A stretch of DNA of 64,000 bases from Lama guanicoe (taxonomy: Eukaryota), in assembly GCA_013239625.1 (NCBI GenBank), contig MU053652.1:5261902-5325901 (forward strand). The letters are read 5' to 3'. The notes below the pieces were generated by a model. It ran no database searches, was not told the DNA's origin, and saw nothing but the letters and a program-made list of their open reading frames with translations. Of this stretch, positions 1 through 14,087 are shown in pieces. Every line of letters starts with the position of its first letter. Position 1 is the stretch's first letter. The translations under genes and the position numbers were made by a program.

Positions 1-54
1 GGAAAATGCTGGACTACCAACACCAGTCAATGGTCAGGACACTGCCTTCTCTTT

Positions 55-190
55 TCACCAGCAACAGCCCCATGAGGTGAGCCCTGTTACTATGCTCATC
101 CACAGGCAAAGCTGGAACTTAGAGGGGTAAGATGACTTACCCAAGGTTTTCTGGCTAGTGGTCAGTGGAGCTAATGATATGAACCACAGA
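55..190 (-). mobile_element. MIR SINE fragment
   Basis: Resembles antisense MIR core (ccccatgaggtg...gacttacccaagg...ctagtggtcagtggagc); boundaries approximate. Confidence 0.55.
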
Positions 191-239
191 CACCCCAGAA
201 AACCAGTTCAGTTCTGCTCAAGACACAAGTTATGTCTGT

Positions 240-750
240 TTCCCAGGGTGTGGGCTTGTTTAAAAAACAAAAACAAAAACAGAAACTGTTTTAGGTGGCA
301 TATAAGCCCTGTACGTACCAGCATTTAATATTTATACATAAATAAGAGCTATGCCGTCCCCTTTCAACTCTCTTTCAGTCCTTCCTATTAAATGAAGGAG
401 ACAATTTCATTTCGTTGGCAGGAAGCCTTTCACACATCTCTAGCTCTTATTAATCACAACTTCCTTCAGAGCCCTCTGCAAAACGCAGTACCTGCTAGAA
501 TTTAATAACCGTTTTGTTTTCACTGTGCGGTTTTCTTTTTTTTAAAAGTACTTTCTAGTAAGTAACAACCAGTAAGTAACACTGGTTTCCCATTTTCAAC
601 AGTGAAATTGCTTCCTTGTAAAATAATATTTCAATTTAAAAAACAGCTGACTGCCCAAAAGATTTTTAAACTACATAAAATTAGAAGTAGTGTTTCAAAA
701 CATGCCAGGAAACTTTAGGTAACAGTACTGGACCAAAAGGCTGCAAATAA
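240..750. mobile_element. Old DNA transposon relic, probably hAT/Charlie class; same family as 40620-41290
   Basis: Shares motifs with 41070-41152: aatttaataaccgttttgttttcactgtg (499-527) and aagtaacactggtttcccattt; family uncertain. Confidence 0.4.
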
Positions 751-1299
751 GACTCCCCTGGTTCAGTCTCTCCAAACAACTCGGAAAATGGCTGGGTTTT
801 CCTGAGCAGGATGTGGTCACGCTTACCACCACCTACCACCCCCATCTTCTAATCCAAGAAGAAAAAGAAAAAAGAGGAAGAGCTATGTACCAGCCTGTAG
901 GAAAAAAAGTCAGACTGTCACAGGACCTTGCCCTCACCCGCTCCTGTCACCTGTAGTTGGGTGGCTGCACACTTCCTTAGCCCTGGAGCTCCCTAGAACC
1001 CAGAGGAAACAGGTAAGGCTAAAACTCTGAGAGCCTACTCTCCTTTAAGTACTAAGACCTTACAGCACCTGGAGGTCTTTAAACAATTAAGCAGTGATTT
1101 AAGGATGGCCAGGTGCGGGGCTCTGCCCTCCCCTGAAGAGACAAAGTGGTTGTCAAGGATACTGACTGCGGAAAGAGACTACCAAACGGGACGTGATTAA
1201 TGAATAAGGCTATGTAAAGCTGTATTTTGCCCTAAATCTAATCTAAGATGATACCTGTAAGAAATAAAAAGGTGCAGTCTAAGTAAAGCCCTCCTACAA

Positions 1300-1730
1300 C
1301 CACCAAAAACATTAAGCACACTTCTAGGAAGCCGTCTTACAAAAATGCCGACACAAGAACACCAAGATTTACCAAAGAATGTCCATATATCAACAGGAAA
1401 AAATGGGTAAGTAAATACACTCGAATGACGGAATATTCCTCAAAAATTAAAGAATGAGGTAGATGTATAATTATGACATAGACCGTTACAACAATTAATT
1501 TAAAAAAAAGAAAGTTACAGGACTCATTATGACCTAATTTCTATTTCTTTAAAAAAAAAGGGGTGTATGTAACTACAGAAAAAAACTGTAGGAAGCACAT
1601 TTACTTAGGGGAATGAGAATAAATGTTAGAAAGCTTGTAAGAACAGAAAGATTTCTGCATTTGACTTTACATACTTCTATAACTGTCTGAAGTCTTATAA
1701 GTACTAAGTCCAAAATTTAAATATCACTAA
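1300..1730 (+). mobile_element. Ancient L1 (L1M-type) 3' fragment
   Basis: A-rich, L1 3'-like motifs (aatgtccatatatcaacagg...aatgacggaatattc...aagaatgaggtagatgtata). Confidence 0.45.
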
Positions 1731-2527
1731 TTATGAAATAATTAACACTAGACGGCATTCACCTGAGCCTTTGGAAGGACTTCAGGTATGAACCAGAAAA
1801 CTGTTGGTCAAAATAAGGAAAGGCCACCAAGGAACTGCAAATACGACTTTTGATCATAAGGACTTCAAACACCTGAGAATTACAAGAAAATGTTATTTCC
1901 ATCTTAGGCAAGATAGCGGAATAAAAAGTAAAGACTAAGACCACCAAAGAGGTCATGTTGGCTTTTACTGTTGTTCTTGTTAAGAATGGGGCTTATAAAC
2001 AAGAACCAGGATGGATCCAAACAGACAAACCAAAAAGCCCACAGAGGGTAATGGCTCCGCCGGATTACAGGAGCAGAAAGCGAGCACAGAATCCTCCTGT
2101 CTGGAGATGACACGGAAGACTTCCATAGTACTAATGTGCCAAGTTATTGGTGCCAAATTATAGGAGATCTTGGGAATCTATGCAAATAGAAGGAAAAGTG
2201 GCAGATGAGTGTTAAAATGAGCATATGGCCTAAATCAGGCACAGAAAACAACAACTTCTCAGCTGTAAGTTATGACCTAGGAATAGGCTCTCAGAATCAC
2301 TGCAAATGGACCCCTGAGACGGCAGCCCAATACTGAGCTACAGATTAAAAGCAATGCAAAGTGTCCTGGGAGCCAGCAAGACAAGTGCTAAAAAAGAGAA
2401 AAAAAGAGAAGCTACTATCCTGCCTCGTATAAAATTATGGTGCACTGGCCCCAAAAACATACACTTCTTTTGTCATGTATGTCCTGCCCCTTCAACTACA
2501 CACGGCACAGGAGTTATACAAGATCAT

Positions 2528-2703
2528 CAGTGGGTCTCAAATGCCAACCCCGGGGGTCAATTCCAAATGGACTTTCAGAACCACCTAGGAGTGGCTGTTT
2601 AAAAACACCGATTCCCAGACCATACTTGGAGAGATTCTAATTCAGTGCCTCAGAACAGCCTCCTAGGTGGTCCTGATGCAACGACCTGTTTAGGAAAACA
2701 CCG
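2528..2703. mobile_element. MER5-type hAT DNA transposon
   Basis: cagtgggtctcaaa start, cagaaccacct...gattcccagacc...gagagattctaattcagt core. Confidence 0.55.
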
Positions 2704-2729
2704 TGCTTCTTCTCTAAATCTACTCCCAT

Positions 2730-2816
2730 GGGGGCTGGGTGTAGCTCAATGGTAGAGCACGTGCATAGCATGCACAAGGTTTAGGCTCAATCCCCAGTAC
2801 CGCCATTAAAAAAAAA
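2730..2816 (+). mobile_element. tRNA-Ala-derived SINE (vic-1-like), short form
   Basis: gtagctcaatggtagagcacgtgcatagcatgcac...tcaatccccagtaccgcca followed by an A tail. Confidence 0.85.
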
Positions 2817-5134
2817 GACTCCCAGAAGACTTAAGAAAGCTTACAATAAAAAATAAATGCAAAAGAAAAGAAACCATGTGACGGATTACCCAGAATAGAT
2901 TAAGATGATTCCTATTCTCGAACATTAAATAGACGTGGGAAAGATCTGTAAGACAGTGAGAATGATCTAAAGGAAGAGGCTTTGGCTCAGAACCCAACCA
3001 AGCCCCATACTCCCGCCAGACTCCCCCAGACAAGATCAGAGCCAGAAAAAACTCTCCCCACGAACTACAGGTTCCCAGAGTGCCCTCCTCCTCCTCACCC
3101 TTCTCAAGACCCGCTGCCCCAGGAGCACGTGGGGCTGTTCTGAAGCAGAGCTGAGACTGCGTAATGTCATGTTCCTCTGGGTCCCGAGCAACCACTTCCA
3201 CGAGTCTATCCTGATACCACCAATGAAGCCATGAACCTCTCTGGCTCAATTCTATCCGCCCTTCACCCACTCCAGTATCTGATCACTTAGTTTAATTCAA
3301 ACTCTCTGGTCTTTCACACTAGACAACCCTATTTCAACTAGGACACAGGAACAGAAAATATGTTTCATGCAGGATAAGCAACAACTCAAAGTGAAGACTA
3401 CCAGAAAGTAAGACATTTCTCAGCTCTTAATTCATGCTTGAAGACATGTAATATAGGGTTTCTTATACAATCACAGCCTTCGAGGACTGCAAAGAGCTTA
3501 GAGACGATGAGTCCAACCACTTCATTTGAGAGAGAAGAGGCTGAGAGGTGGACTACCTTACCCACATCGCCTGGATGGAGAGCAGCGACATCTGGCCCGG
3601 CACTTGTATTTCCTGAATCCCAGGCCAATGACGTCTCTTCTCTGCCAGGTTGTTTCCCAGGAACAATGTTCATATATATTTACTAACCTAAAGTACCATT
3701 CCCCAAATCTCCTCAATTCCTCCTATTACAGATGAGGTTGGTGTTACCAGATCATCCCAAGGAGACTACTTCCTTCATAAGGAGAACTTAAAGCACCTCA
3801 AAATGTGCTGAGGCACAAAGAGGTGGTGCCTTAAAGTCACTCACTATAAGCATGTAAATGGAGAAAACGCGCCGAGCCCAGCTTATATCACAGATTGAAC
3901 ATCTCAAAAATGACATCTGAAAATGTCATCTAAATTTTCATTAGGTTTATTTTCCCTGTAAGTCATTAACTTCCTAATTTTTAAAAAATGCTGACTGAAA
4001 CCACTGTTCTTTTTTTCCCTAAACATTGGAGCTAAGTGAGAAAAACATAACATTAATTTATCATATTGAGTCTCACTGCAAGCGAAATCCCACAACACTC
4101 CATCTGCATCCAATGTTCACAACCTGTGATTCTGCATCAATTTCTGCTGTAGAACAAAAAGCATATGTCAGTCTCCCAGGAGAAGAAGTAGCAACAGAAA
4201 CAGGGTGGGTATCCATCTCCAAACAAGAAATAGGAGGAAAAGTGACATAAGTCCAGTAAGAGTTGAATCCCTTTACTTCATTACTTGTCTGTGATGAGAA
4301 AAAAGAATTTCCTACAATATTTAGATTAGCTATTCCTTGAAGAAATGAAATAAAATAAATCCAAAGACCAGATTCCAAAGGATATCCTCTGTACCCTCTG
4401 CTAGAACCACACCTGTCAGCTGGATTTCTAGTTCAAGCTGGTTCAAGCTGGTTGCAGGATGAGCTGTAGAACCATCTTACCTGGATTCAAAAACCTGGCC
4501 AATTTTCTCTTTTGAACTTGCCAATGGCAACTAAACTGTGCACTTATTTCCCAAGTTTCATTCTCCAAGTAAACTGGGGCAGAGACTCACCAAATCATTC
4601 ACCTGCTTATTACCAGCACTGATCACTATCCGGCCTCAGAAGTCCCCACTCCTGTTAATAAGCCACACTGCACGTGAGCTGTTCTATCCTGACGAGCTAC
4701 TAAATTCCTTGTAGTAATAAAATGCTAGCAGAAGTATAAACGCCGACAAGTCCTAGATGCTCTGTAAGTCTCTTGCCTGCTCTTGGCACTTATTTTCTCA
4801 GTCAGGTCCCCTCCACTGAAAGGTGATGACCTTGGGAATGCACAGGACTGGCTGATGAGAAGTCCAAAAACCTCTGTCTTGGCCTGTAAGAAACATGAAT
4901 CTGATCGAAAGCAAGTATTTTTCAATCAGTCTCCCACTGGTTACATTTATTCAGTAGACTTACTGATCATACCAGGATACCAGCCACCATCTCCACTGCC
5001 TTTCTGCCATTTATCACCCTGCAACACGTATATTAACAGCTCAAGTTAAGCCCAAACTATTTACGTGGAACACTGAACTTGAAGAAATTGAAGAGCTACT
5101 ATAAAAACACTGAAGATCATCATCAGTGGAGACC

Positions 5135-5465
5135 CCAGGACCTTTGCACTCGCATTTCCTCTGCTGGGAACTCTTCTCCTACGGCTGATTCTTTGATGTC
5201 TATCAGATCTCAGCTGAGGGAAGCCTTTCCTAAACACCCTATCTAAAGGCATCAGCCCTTCCCTTATTTCCAACCACTCTGTCACATTCCCCTACCTGAA
5301 ATCACTCTTATATTATAATGCTTACTTCTTATTTACTTGTTGATTGTCTGTCTCCTCCATGAACCATGAGGGCAGTAATCTGATTTACTTTTTTTACTGC
5401 TGCTTCTCCAATACCCAGACCGTGCTTCACACAGATGATCAACAAAATGTGTTCAAGAAAGAAAA
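5135..5465 (+). mobile_element. L2 LINE 3' end
   Basis: ggacctttgcact...gggaagcctttcc...ccatgagggcag...aacaaaatgtgttcaagaaag, typical L2 3' terminus. Confidence 0.65.
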
Positions 5466-7754
5466 TATGACTGCTCATCATTCTTTATCATTAGTTACTA
5501 CACGGCAGCAGCCACTGTTAGCATGACTAGAGCCAGATGGATGCTTCCTTTTCATAAAGAAAACATGACAGAAAGCCTTTAAGATACAGCAAAAACTTAG
5601 TGCCCCTTTACTTACAATTTTGATTGAAAGCTACCATGCTCACCTGAGGGAAGTAGGCAATTTTAGGACTAGAGGGAAAAGCCTTCCACCCTAGTCTACC
5701 TACTTCTTTGCAAATGGCCCTATTAAAATACTGCCATTCAGCAACCTTGCCCCTTTGAGTAGCAGGAGAGTATTTTAAGTAGCTTAAGAAAGGTGTTTTT
5801 CTTTCAGTCTGCATGAGCTAAGTGCACAAAGGAAGGAACAGATCAACAGACTACTACTCTGTCCCCACACCACTCAGGAAAGACACATACTTCTTAGTTC
5901 AGACATGGAAGAAACACTTAGCTATAGGCAGCATTTCCTACCGGCTGTAATCTGTAGAAACTTCCACTAAGCTACTCACCACAATGTCTACATCCCGCTT
6001 TACCACAACCTGGCAGCCCAAGTCCTTTCGAAGGAGGAAATCGTGGCCATCTCCTCCTACAGGTGCCCTATGCCTTAGTTATCGGGTGAGAATCAGGATT
6101 CTTAGCACAAAACCAAAGATGGACAGAGGGATTCCTTTCCCCTCTTAAGTGGGGCAGGGTGAAATGGGAGCCAGGATTTGGAACTGTCCTCCCACACCAC
6201 AAGCAGGGTAAGATATGCTGCTTCCATGGCTGCTTCTGATAAGGGCAGAAAGTTCAAGAACTGTGGCGGATTCATTCTGCTGGGTGCTCCTGCTTGAAAA
6301 GACATGCAAACATAGGACACGAGAGTTACAGAGTGAAGGCACAGAAAAGGGCTCTATCTCCAAAACAGAAATAAATCAGGTCAGTAAAACCAGAGAAAAT
6401 AGCCATCTCTAAGTAGCTGCTAAGTGGGGTGACTGAATTTTATACTAAATACCCCAAGACTTCTCCCAACCTCTATTTCACATGTGCTGACAATAGTCTG
6501 ATGCTGCTGAAGTCTAGCAAATTATTCAAACCCAGAGTTAGAATCCTCTAGGGTTTTGAGAATATATCTGACTTGACAGACATTTACTTTTCCAGGTTCG
6601 ATTTTGTCTGCCCACACACCTGCCAGTCTCATCCCAAATCAAAAAATAAAACTCCACCTTCAGTTTTCCATCATCCCCACTGTCTTTCCAGTAACAGAAG
6701 CGCTCCACGGTGCTCGTGTTAACTTACTGCCCACCTCCTCCTTAACACATTCCAGAGCCCACTCTGTCCCTTTCCTCCTGCTCTCAATAGCAAATGCGGC
6801 CTCTACCATCACCATCGTTTGAAAAAACTGGTCAAATGCCAAAATTCTGCACAACTGGATTCCCAAGGTCTGTCTTCGTCAACCTCAAAAAAGGAACACA
6901 GCACTTACTGGGACGGCAAGGCAGAGACCAGAAGAAATGTGCACTTTCCGCGGCCTTACAACCCGTTCTTTTGCCCAAAAAGAGGAAGGACTAGTATTCC
7001 TCTTTACTGCCGCAAACCTCAACCCTAGGCCACCCCAGACCTTCAGCTCACCCTCTGTCCAGACAAACGCGGAGGGCTCAGCCTGAGAGGCCCGCCTCTG
7101 GTTAGTCAGGGTTCTAGTTTCTGCCCTGCTCCTCTAAGACAAAAAAGCAGTGACTACTGTGTTCCCATTCATCAAGCTATTTCCTTCACACCTTCCTCTG
7201 TCAGGGAGTTCCATCTTCCCTCGCAGAGTTCTTACGAAGCAGTTCCTAGTACCGCTGGAAACGATTACTCTCCAGGAAAATACAACTTTGCTTAGCAGCA
7301 GAGCTTCACACAGAGCAATTTGCCAGGGGTCGATTTTTCATTCCAGACAGGCTTCGAAGCCTGGCACAAATCTGCCAGCTGCTCTGCAGTTCACTCGGCT
7401 TCCCTCCCCTAATCCTTGCCTGGAACTCACCGCCACCCCCCCAACCCCTGACCCCTTGCAAGCTTGGTCACAGAAAAAGATCAGTATAGACGACCACTGA
7501 GTCTTCAAAGCCTCCTTCCCGATCCCAACGTGTCTTCTACACCACACTCTTTTGCACATTAGAACCATAAGCACCATATGAAGTCACTTACCAAAACAGC
7601 AGCCCCGGGATAAGACAGGAGTAAGAAACATCTAATCTTTCCTCGGCTCAATTACAGTCAGCTTCACTTTCCTGCAATTTTGCGGCCGTGCATCACGGGC
7701 CCCACCCTCCACTAAAGTTCTGCCCTGGAGTCAGAGGCATCAGACCAGGATACT

Positions 7755-7975
7755 GAAGAGCCATGTGCTTTGGCAGACAGGCCTGGGTTCAAGTCACATC
7801 TCTGCCTCTTATTACAAACAAAGTCCCTGTCCTGGGGGTCAACTATTCCTTCTAAACCTCAGATTACACATCTGTAAAATGTAGCCAATGAGCCTATCTA
7901 CTTGTTAGGTATTACAAACGAGAGGAAATAAATGGAAGACTCGGCACAAGACAGGAGCCTTATTAAGCAAGTGAT
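7755..7975 (+). mobile_element. MIR SINE
   Basis: agacaggcctgggttcaagtc...aacctcagattacacatctgtaaaatg core. Confidence 0.65.
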
Positions 7976-9379
7976 TGCTGATATTCAATATCCACCGGGG
8001 TAATCTGTGGGCCGGCATGGGCACTCCACAGCATCCAGATGCCTTGGAAGGTTCCAGCATTGGCAGAAGCGACAATATGTTCAGCTTCGTTCTACTCCCA
8101 CCCAGCAAATGAGAGGGGCCTTTAAGAAAAATTCAGGCCTTAGTAAAGGAAAAAACTCAGAAAGATTCACTCAAGGTTCCCAATCCCACCATCAGACCGC
8201 CAAGCGCTGCTTTGTTCCCGTGGTGAAGGGAAAGATCGGTGCACGTGAAAAAGCTAATGAAAGAAGAGCCACTTAAGGATAATCCTTTCAGGGGTCAGGT
8301 CAATATTTCAAAGAGGTGAAAATATTTGGACCTTGGAAATTCCCTTCTCATTCAGTTTCTGATAAATTTTGACTCTCGGTTTATGTATAAAGGGGAAAAG
8401 CAATACTGAAAACCCTTAGAATCTCAGCTGGAGGCAGAATATTGCCTAAGGAATGAATACATGAGAACGGGGGAGGGGGGTGTCTTGAAATCTAATTCAC
8501 ACACACAAGCTGAAGAACATTATAATCCTATGAAAGACAATGAACCAAGAAAACAGAATGTTTTTTAAACTTTTAAACACTGTGAAGCTTTGGGACAAAG
8601 TGTCATAAAGAATATTTCAGATGGAAAAGTCAGAATTGCAGTCTGAAATGAATTCTAAAAGTCTGGTCATCACAACCAGAAATTCTGTTAACCATCAAGA
8701 AATGTCAGGTTCCAATATTTGGAAGGGTTGTGAGCAGGACAACAGAGTGGACAACTGGTAAAGAGAATTTACACTCCAAAATTATCATGGAGCTGGAGAT
8801 ACATTTTCTTTAAATGAAACTTGCAGGGTTTTAAATTCATAATTCAAGGATGTAGGGAGTGAGGAGATACAAAATCAGGCAGAATCTATAGTGTTAGAGA
8901 ACTAGACTGGGAATCAGAACACCTGGGCTCTGATCCTGACTCCAAGCCAAACCACCGTGACCTTAGGCAAGTCACTTGTCCTCTTCAAACCAATCTCATC
9001 TGCAAGGGGTGAGGGAACAATAATGATCACTAAGATTCCTACTGGCCTAACACTTTAAGAGTCAAAAACGGGGGGATCACAAATATGAGGAGCTCTCAGG
9101 ACTACAGATTTGACACCAGAGGTGGAAGGAAAAAGACAGGAAAGGAGAAAAAGGGAGCGAGAAAACTCGGAGTAAGTAATTGAGCGTCAGTGAAAACATA
9201 AAAGCTTCAAGATGGCCAAGTACTCCAGGAGTTCCTTGTAAGAGCAGATGTCAGGATCTCGAAAAACTGCAAACTGCTCAGCATATGTCAAAATGGACAG
9301 GAAGACGGGAGGAACGGAGGACCAGATAACAACGAATTATCCCCGTTAATCAATCAGTAACCGGTCTGTCCTGGTAAAC

Positions 9380-10700
9380 AGCCAGGAGACTGAGTGCGGC
9401 GACCACGGAAATCACTGTGACCCCGAATGCCAGGGTGTCCGGGAGGCAAGGTACCAAGGGTAGTCCGTGTCGGGTTGCGTCTAAGGAGGGAATTCCGAGA
9501 ACGAGTGAAAGTGAGGAAGGGGGCAGAGGAAAGAGGATCTGGGACACCACGCAGGCTGGCGGGAGGGGAAGGAGCCAGCGCCAGACTCCCGCTCGGTGGC
9601 TGGCGGTGGGATCGGTGTCCGGGGCCCCGCTCTCACCATCTTGACGATGCCCCGCTGCACGGTGGGGACCGCGGGTCCCCCGGAGGAGCCGCCGCTCTGC
9701 GCGGAGGAGGCCATGTGTAGAGACGGAAAGGCAGCGAGTAAGGCGGCGGGCCGGCTTGGATGTGTCAATGTGCGTGTCGGCGTTGGTGAGAGGCCGCCGC
9801 AGAGAGGAGCTGGCGAGAGACCGGCTGCGGACGACGGACGGGACGGACTCGCCGGGCACTCACGAGAGCAGCAGCGGGACTGAGACCGAAAGAGACGCGA
9901 TCTCCGCCGCCGCCACACGTTCTACTCGCCGCGCAAGCGTGCCAGAGCGCCACCGCCCTCCGGCCAATTAGCGCCCGGAGTCCGCCGGACCCCAAGCCAA
10001 TAGGCGCCCTGCTCGAGGAGCCCCGCCCCTTGGTCTCAAAATGGGTGGAGCGTCTCAGGAAGCGCTGAAAGAGCTGATTTGCGGTGATGGGCTAAATATA
10101 GGGAGGGACTTCCGGGGCAGCGGTAGTAAGTGGTGTCGGGAGGTGTAGTGAGAAGGAAAGGACACGTCAGCATCTGGCTGTGGGGCGCGGTGGGCCATGG
10201 GAGCCCCGGGGGCGGGGTCAGCCTCGCCCTCCGGCCTGGCCCCGCCCGCTGCGCCCCGCCCCGCGGGCCGCCGGGGAGCCCAAGTGGACGCCGGTGTTCC
10301 GGGAGGGGCACGCGGGTTGTGGAGTGCGGACTGGGAGCCCGAGCCAACGAAGCTGGATCCTAGAGGAATCTCAGTGCTGGTGCACACCGACTAACGACAT
10401 TTTACCCAGCTTAAAGTGTGGGACGAACCTGGGAAAGTCTGAACACCGTGAAACCTACGGATGTTGGCCTTGACCCGAACGTGGCCGCGCGCCTCTCTGT
10501 AGTAGGGAGTGTGTCCCCGGTGTCTAGCTCTTGTTAGGCGCTCGAATAATTTTTTTTTAGCGTTGGGGGGATGGTGGAAGGAATAAATCTCTTACGCGGG
10601 TGATATGTTTGTGCACGGGGCCGAAAGGCCCTCTTTTTCGATCTCTTCCTAGTTGCGCCAGCGAAGTTACGGAAAGCCTTGCTAACACGCACTCCCTGAG
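9380..10700. promoter_or_regulatory. SND1: CpG island/promoter of SND1
   Basis: Dense CpG, GC boxes, CCAAT at 9964 and 9997, ETS site ACTTCCGG at ~10109. Confidence 0.85.
9637..9714 (-). CDS. SND1: Staphylococcal nuclease and tudor domain-containing 1, coding exon 1; gene continues beyond position 1
   Basis: [26 protein letters not shown] is the SND1 N-terminus; ATG 9714-9712, donor GTGAGA from 9636; 1-9636 is intron 1. Confidence 0.97.
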
Positions 10701-11149
10701 CCAGGAGGAGGCAGTCCCTTGATCAAGTGTGAAGAACCCATCCCTTCACCTAGCCCTGGTCTCTTTCGAATAAGGATATTAGGGGGAGGGGGGCGCAAAG
10801 CAAAGGCATTTAAATGTTTTAAGTGAACGTTGAGAGACAACTAATATTGGTCGAGAGCCAATACTGTGAGGATTATAGGACCTTACTTTCATGCTGTTAA
10901 TCTTAGTCTTAAAACCTGGCCCTACACCGAGGACATCCATTTCCCCTGTAGCTCTTTGGAAAAGAGGTTATTCTCCAACATTTCATATATCCCAGAGTCA
11001 AGTTTTGGGGTCAGCATTTTCCTAGATGCCTAGTGCCTCTTCCCTACCATTAATTTGCCACCCTCTTCAAAACAAAAACAAAACAAGACAAAAAAAAAAT
11101 TTTTATGGAGGCTCATTCCACCTGATTATAGCATTCTCCATCTTACTGC

Positions 11150-11456
11150 GGTTGTCTATTATTTGCCCCCAAATGCCACCTTGTCATTCACTGAAACTGA
11201 CACCTCGTGAACACTTTTCCCCACCTAATGATCCCGAGTGACTTCAACATTCATGTGCCTGACTTATCCAATACCCTGGCCTCTCAGCAACTTGACCTCA
11301 TCATCAGGGAATTTGACCTCTGCACATGTTTAGCTCCCTCTTTAGGACAGGAGAAGCATTACAACTGCTCCCTGGCTGAAATCGTAAACTCAAACATCCC
11401 ATTCTCTGATCATAATTGCTGTCCTTTCTCCCTTCTCAGTTACTTCTCTGATACCT
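11150..11456 (+). mobile_element. L2 LINE fragment, interrupted by younger elements and resuming to ~14850
   Basis: gtgacttcaacattcatgtg...ccaataccctggcctctcag...ctctgatcataa, L2 ORF2-like (DFNIHV, SDH motifs in ORF 11207..11464). Confidence 0.6.
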
Positions 11457-11977
11457 TGTGTTAATTATCTATTGGTGCATAACAGTCTAGCCCCAAACTA
11501 GTATTAAAACAATGAGCATTTATTATCTCACAGTTTCTGTCAGGAATCTAGGCAGGGCTTAGCTGAGTGCCTTTGCCTCAAGTTCCCTCACAAGGCTGCA
11601 ATCAAGGTCTCAATGGGAGCTGTGATCTCATCTGAAGGTCTCCTTAACTGACTAACAGAGGATCTGCTTCCAAGATCACTCATGCAGTCACTGGCACGAT
11701 TCAGCAGGGCCTCATTTCCTTGCTGTGTGGGTCTCTCCATAGGGCACACAACATGGTTAGTGGTTTGTATCAGAGCAAGAATGTGGGAGAGCAAGCGAGG
11801 ACAAGCACGAGTCTTTGTGAACCTAATTTCAGGAGTAACATCTCATCACTTTTGCCATGTTCTATTCATGAGAAGAGTCACTAAGTCCAGCCCACACTCA
11901 AAGGCAGAGGATTACACAAGGGCATGAATACCAGGAGGCAAGGTCACTGGGGATCATCTTAGAGGCTGCCTATCACA
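11457..11977 (-). mobile_element. MaLR solo LTR (MLT1 family)
   Basis: TG...CA termini; tctattggtgcataaca...atttattatctcacagtttctg...catcttagaggctgcctatcaca. Confidence 0.75.
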
Positions 11978-12332
11978 CAGTTCTTTAAGTAGAATTCAAA
12001 GTCCCTGAACCTCTCTATCCTCTTTATATCAGCTCCCTTCTCCTTTCTCCTGGAACCTTGATTAGACTCCGTTATTTTCGCCCCTCTCCTACCAGGATCC
12101 TCATCTCTAATCCCCATTGTCTTCCATGGGATTCAACTGTCAAAACTCCAACTCTAGATCTCTCTGTCTTCCCCAAACTACCACTTTGCTAGAATAATCA
12201 AACGTGGAGGTTGGTAGCACACTGAATTCGTGGGCCTTCACACATCTCACACATTGCCTGAAATTTCTTGTTTCCTCAGTCACTTTGATGTCCAACTCCG
12301 CTGGGTCTAGTTTGTTGTCATTGTTGTTGTTT

Positions 12333-12643
12333 AATGAAGACTGTTTTTTAGAGCAGTTTTAGGTTCACAGCAATATTGAGGGGAACGTGCAGAGATTTCC
12401 CATACACTCCCTGCTCCCACACATGCATAGTCTCCCTCTTTATCAGCATCCCTCACAAGAGGGGTACATTTGTCACAGTTGCTGAATCTACACTGACACA
12501 TCATAATCACTCAAAGTCCATAGTTGACATTAGGATTCACTCTTGATGTTGCACATTCTATGGGTTTGGACAAATGTATAATGGACATATATCCATCCAT
12601 CACAGTATCACACAGAGTCTTTTCACTGCGCTAAAAATCCCTG
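12333..12643 (-). mobile_element. L1 3' end (L1MC-like)
   Basis: ttttttagagcagttttaggttcacagcaa...ggggtacatttgtcaca...ctatgggtttggacaaatgtataatg. Confidence 0.75.
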
Positions 12644-12649
12644 GGACTG

Positions 12650-13810
12650 TTTTAAAGCTTCTCTGTTTTCCTCGTAACTCCAACTCCACTGTCTCCCACC
12701 CTCTCCAACAGTGATAAGGCCTCCTACTTTGGAGAGATAATAAAAACCACTAAAAACTCCCTCTATTTCCCACCGCAAGATCTAAAAACTTATCTTCCTT
12801 CTCATTCCTCTCTTATTCTCCCTTGTAACAAAGAAAGAACTTCCTACTGCTTAGGCTAAACTCTCCATCTATGTTTTGGTTCCTCCCCCTCCACCTTCTC
12901 AAGGACTCTCATAACAGATAAGTCACCCTCCTGTTTTCACAGCCAGCTTATCTTAGATTCTTCTCATTAGTATTTAAATATTCTCAAATGTCTTGCACAG
13001 TAAAAATAATTTAACTGAATAAATCTTTCCTTTACTCCACATCCCTCTCCAGATCGCTCTCCTCCCTTCCTAGGCAAACCCTCTTGGTGAAATTCTTTAT
13101 CTTTTTTGCCTCCACATCCTCACCCTGCATTCAGTCCCCAGCCCACTGCACCCTGACAATTGTTTTTATGAATTTACTGAAACTGTTCTCTCCAAAGTCA
13201 CAAATGACTTCCTGGTAAGTACATTCAATGGGCACTTTTCACATTTGGTGGTCCCTTTGCCTAGCTTTCCATCACATTTGACACTGTACTCCTTGAAATG
13301 CCCCTTTCTTTCCCATATTCCTTATATTTCACCATCTCTCTAGCTATTCCTCCTCATCTCCATTGTGAATTGTGACTCTCCTTTTGCTTATCCCTCAATA
13401 CAGATGTTCCTCTGGGTTCTTCTCAAAGTATCTTCTTTTTCAGTTCAAAACATTCTTCCCAAGACATCTAATCCATTCCTATGGCTGCATGCTAATGATT
13501 CCCTAATATATAGCTCCTGTTAAAATAACTCTTGAGCTCCAGACCCATGTGTACAATAATACTCTGCATATCTGCCCATGGCTGTCATTTGGGGAATTCA
13601 AATTCAACACATCAAAAAAAAAAATTCAACATTTCTCACAAGGAATTCATTATCTTTCCTCCCAAACCTGTTCTTTCCTAGCACGTGTCTCAACCCAAAT
13701 GATGGTACCAAAAGCTACCCTGCTACAAGCCAAAAATCTAGAGATCATCTGTGACTCCTCCCTCTTCTTCATTCCTTAATTCTTAGGCAATCCCTGAAAT
13801 CTGTTAGATC
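12650..13810 (+). mobile_element. L2 LINE body
   Basis: Pyrimidine-rich L2 motifs: actgaaactgttctctccaaagtcacaaatgacttcct, gagctccagaccca, tcaaattcaacacatcaaa. Confidence 0.65.
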
Positions 13811-14087
13811 TACAGTAGCCAGTCTAGCACCTAGGCCCTGGAGCAAGAATGCCTGGGTTCACATCTCCACACGGTATAACCTTGAGCAGGTTATGTGGTG
13901 TCTCTGTTCCATGGATTTCTCATTTGTAAAACTAAAGATAATAATAGGGCCTACCTTCTAGGGTTGTTCTGATTTTGAAGACTGTATGTGTCAGATGCTA
14001 AACACACAGAACACTGCCTGGATATGTGTGTTAAATTTGCTATGATTATTATTAAATATCTCCTATTGCTTAAGCCTGGCATATTTT

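Noticed and set aside
9350..10473. Cluster of 65-169 aa ORFs around the SND1 promoter
   Set aside because: Stop-poor CpG island; only 9637-9714 matches a known protein
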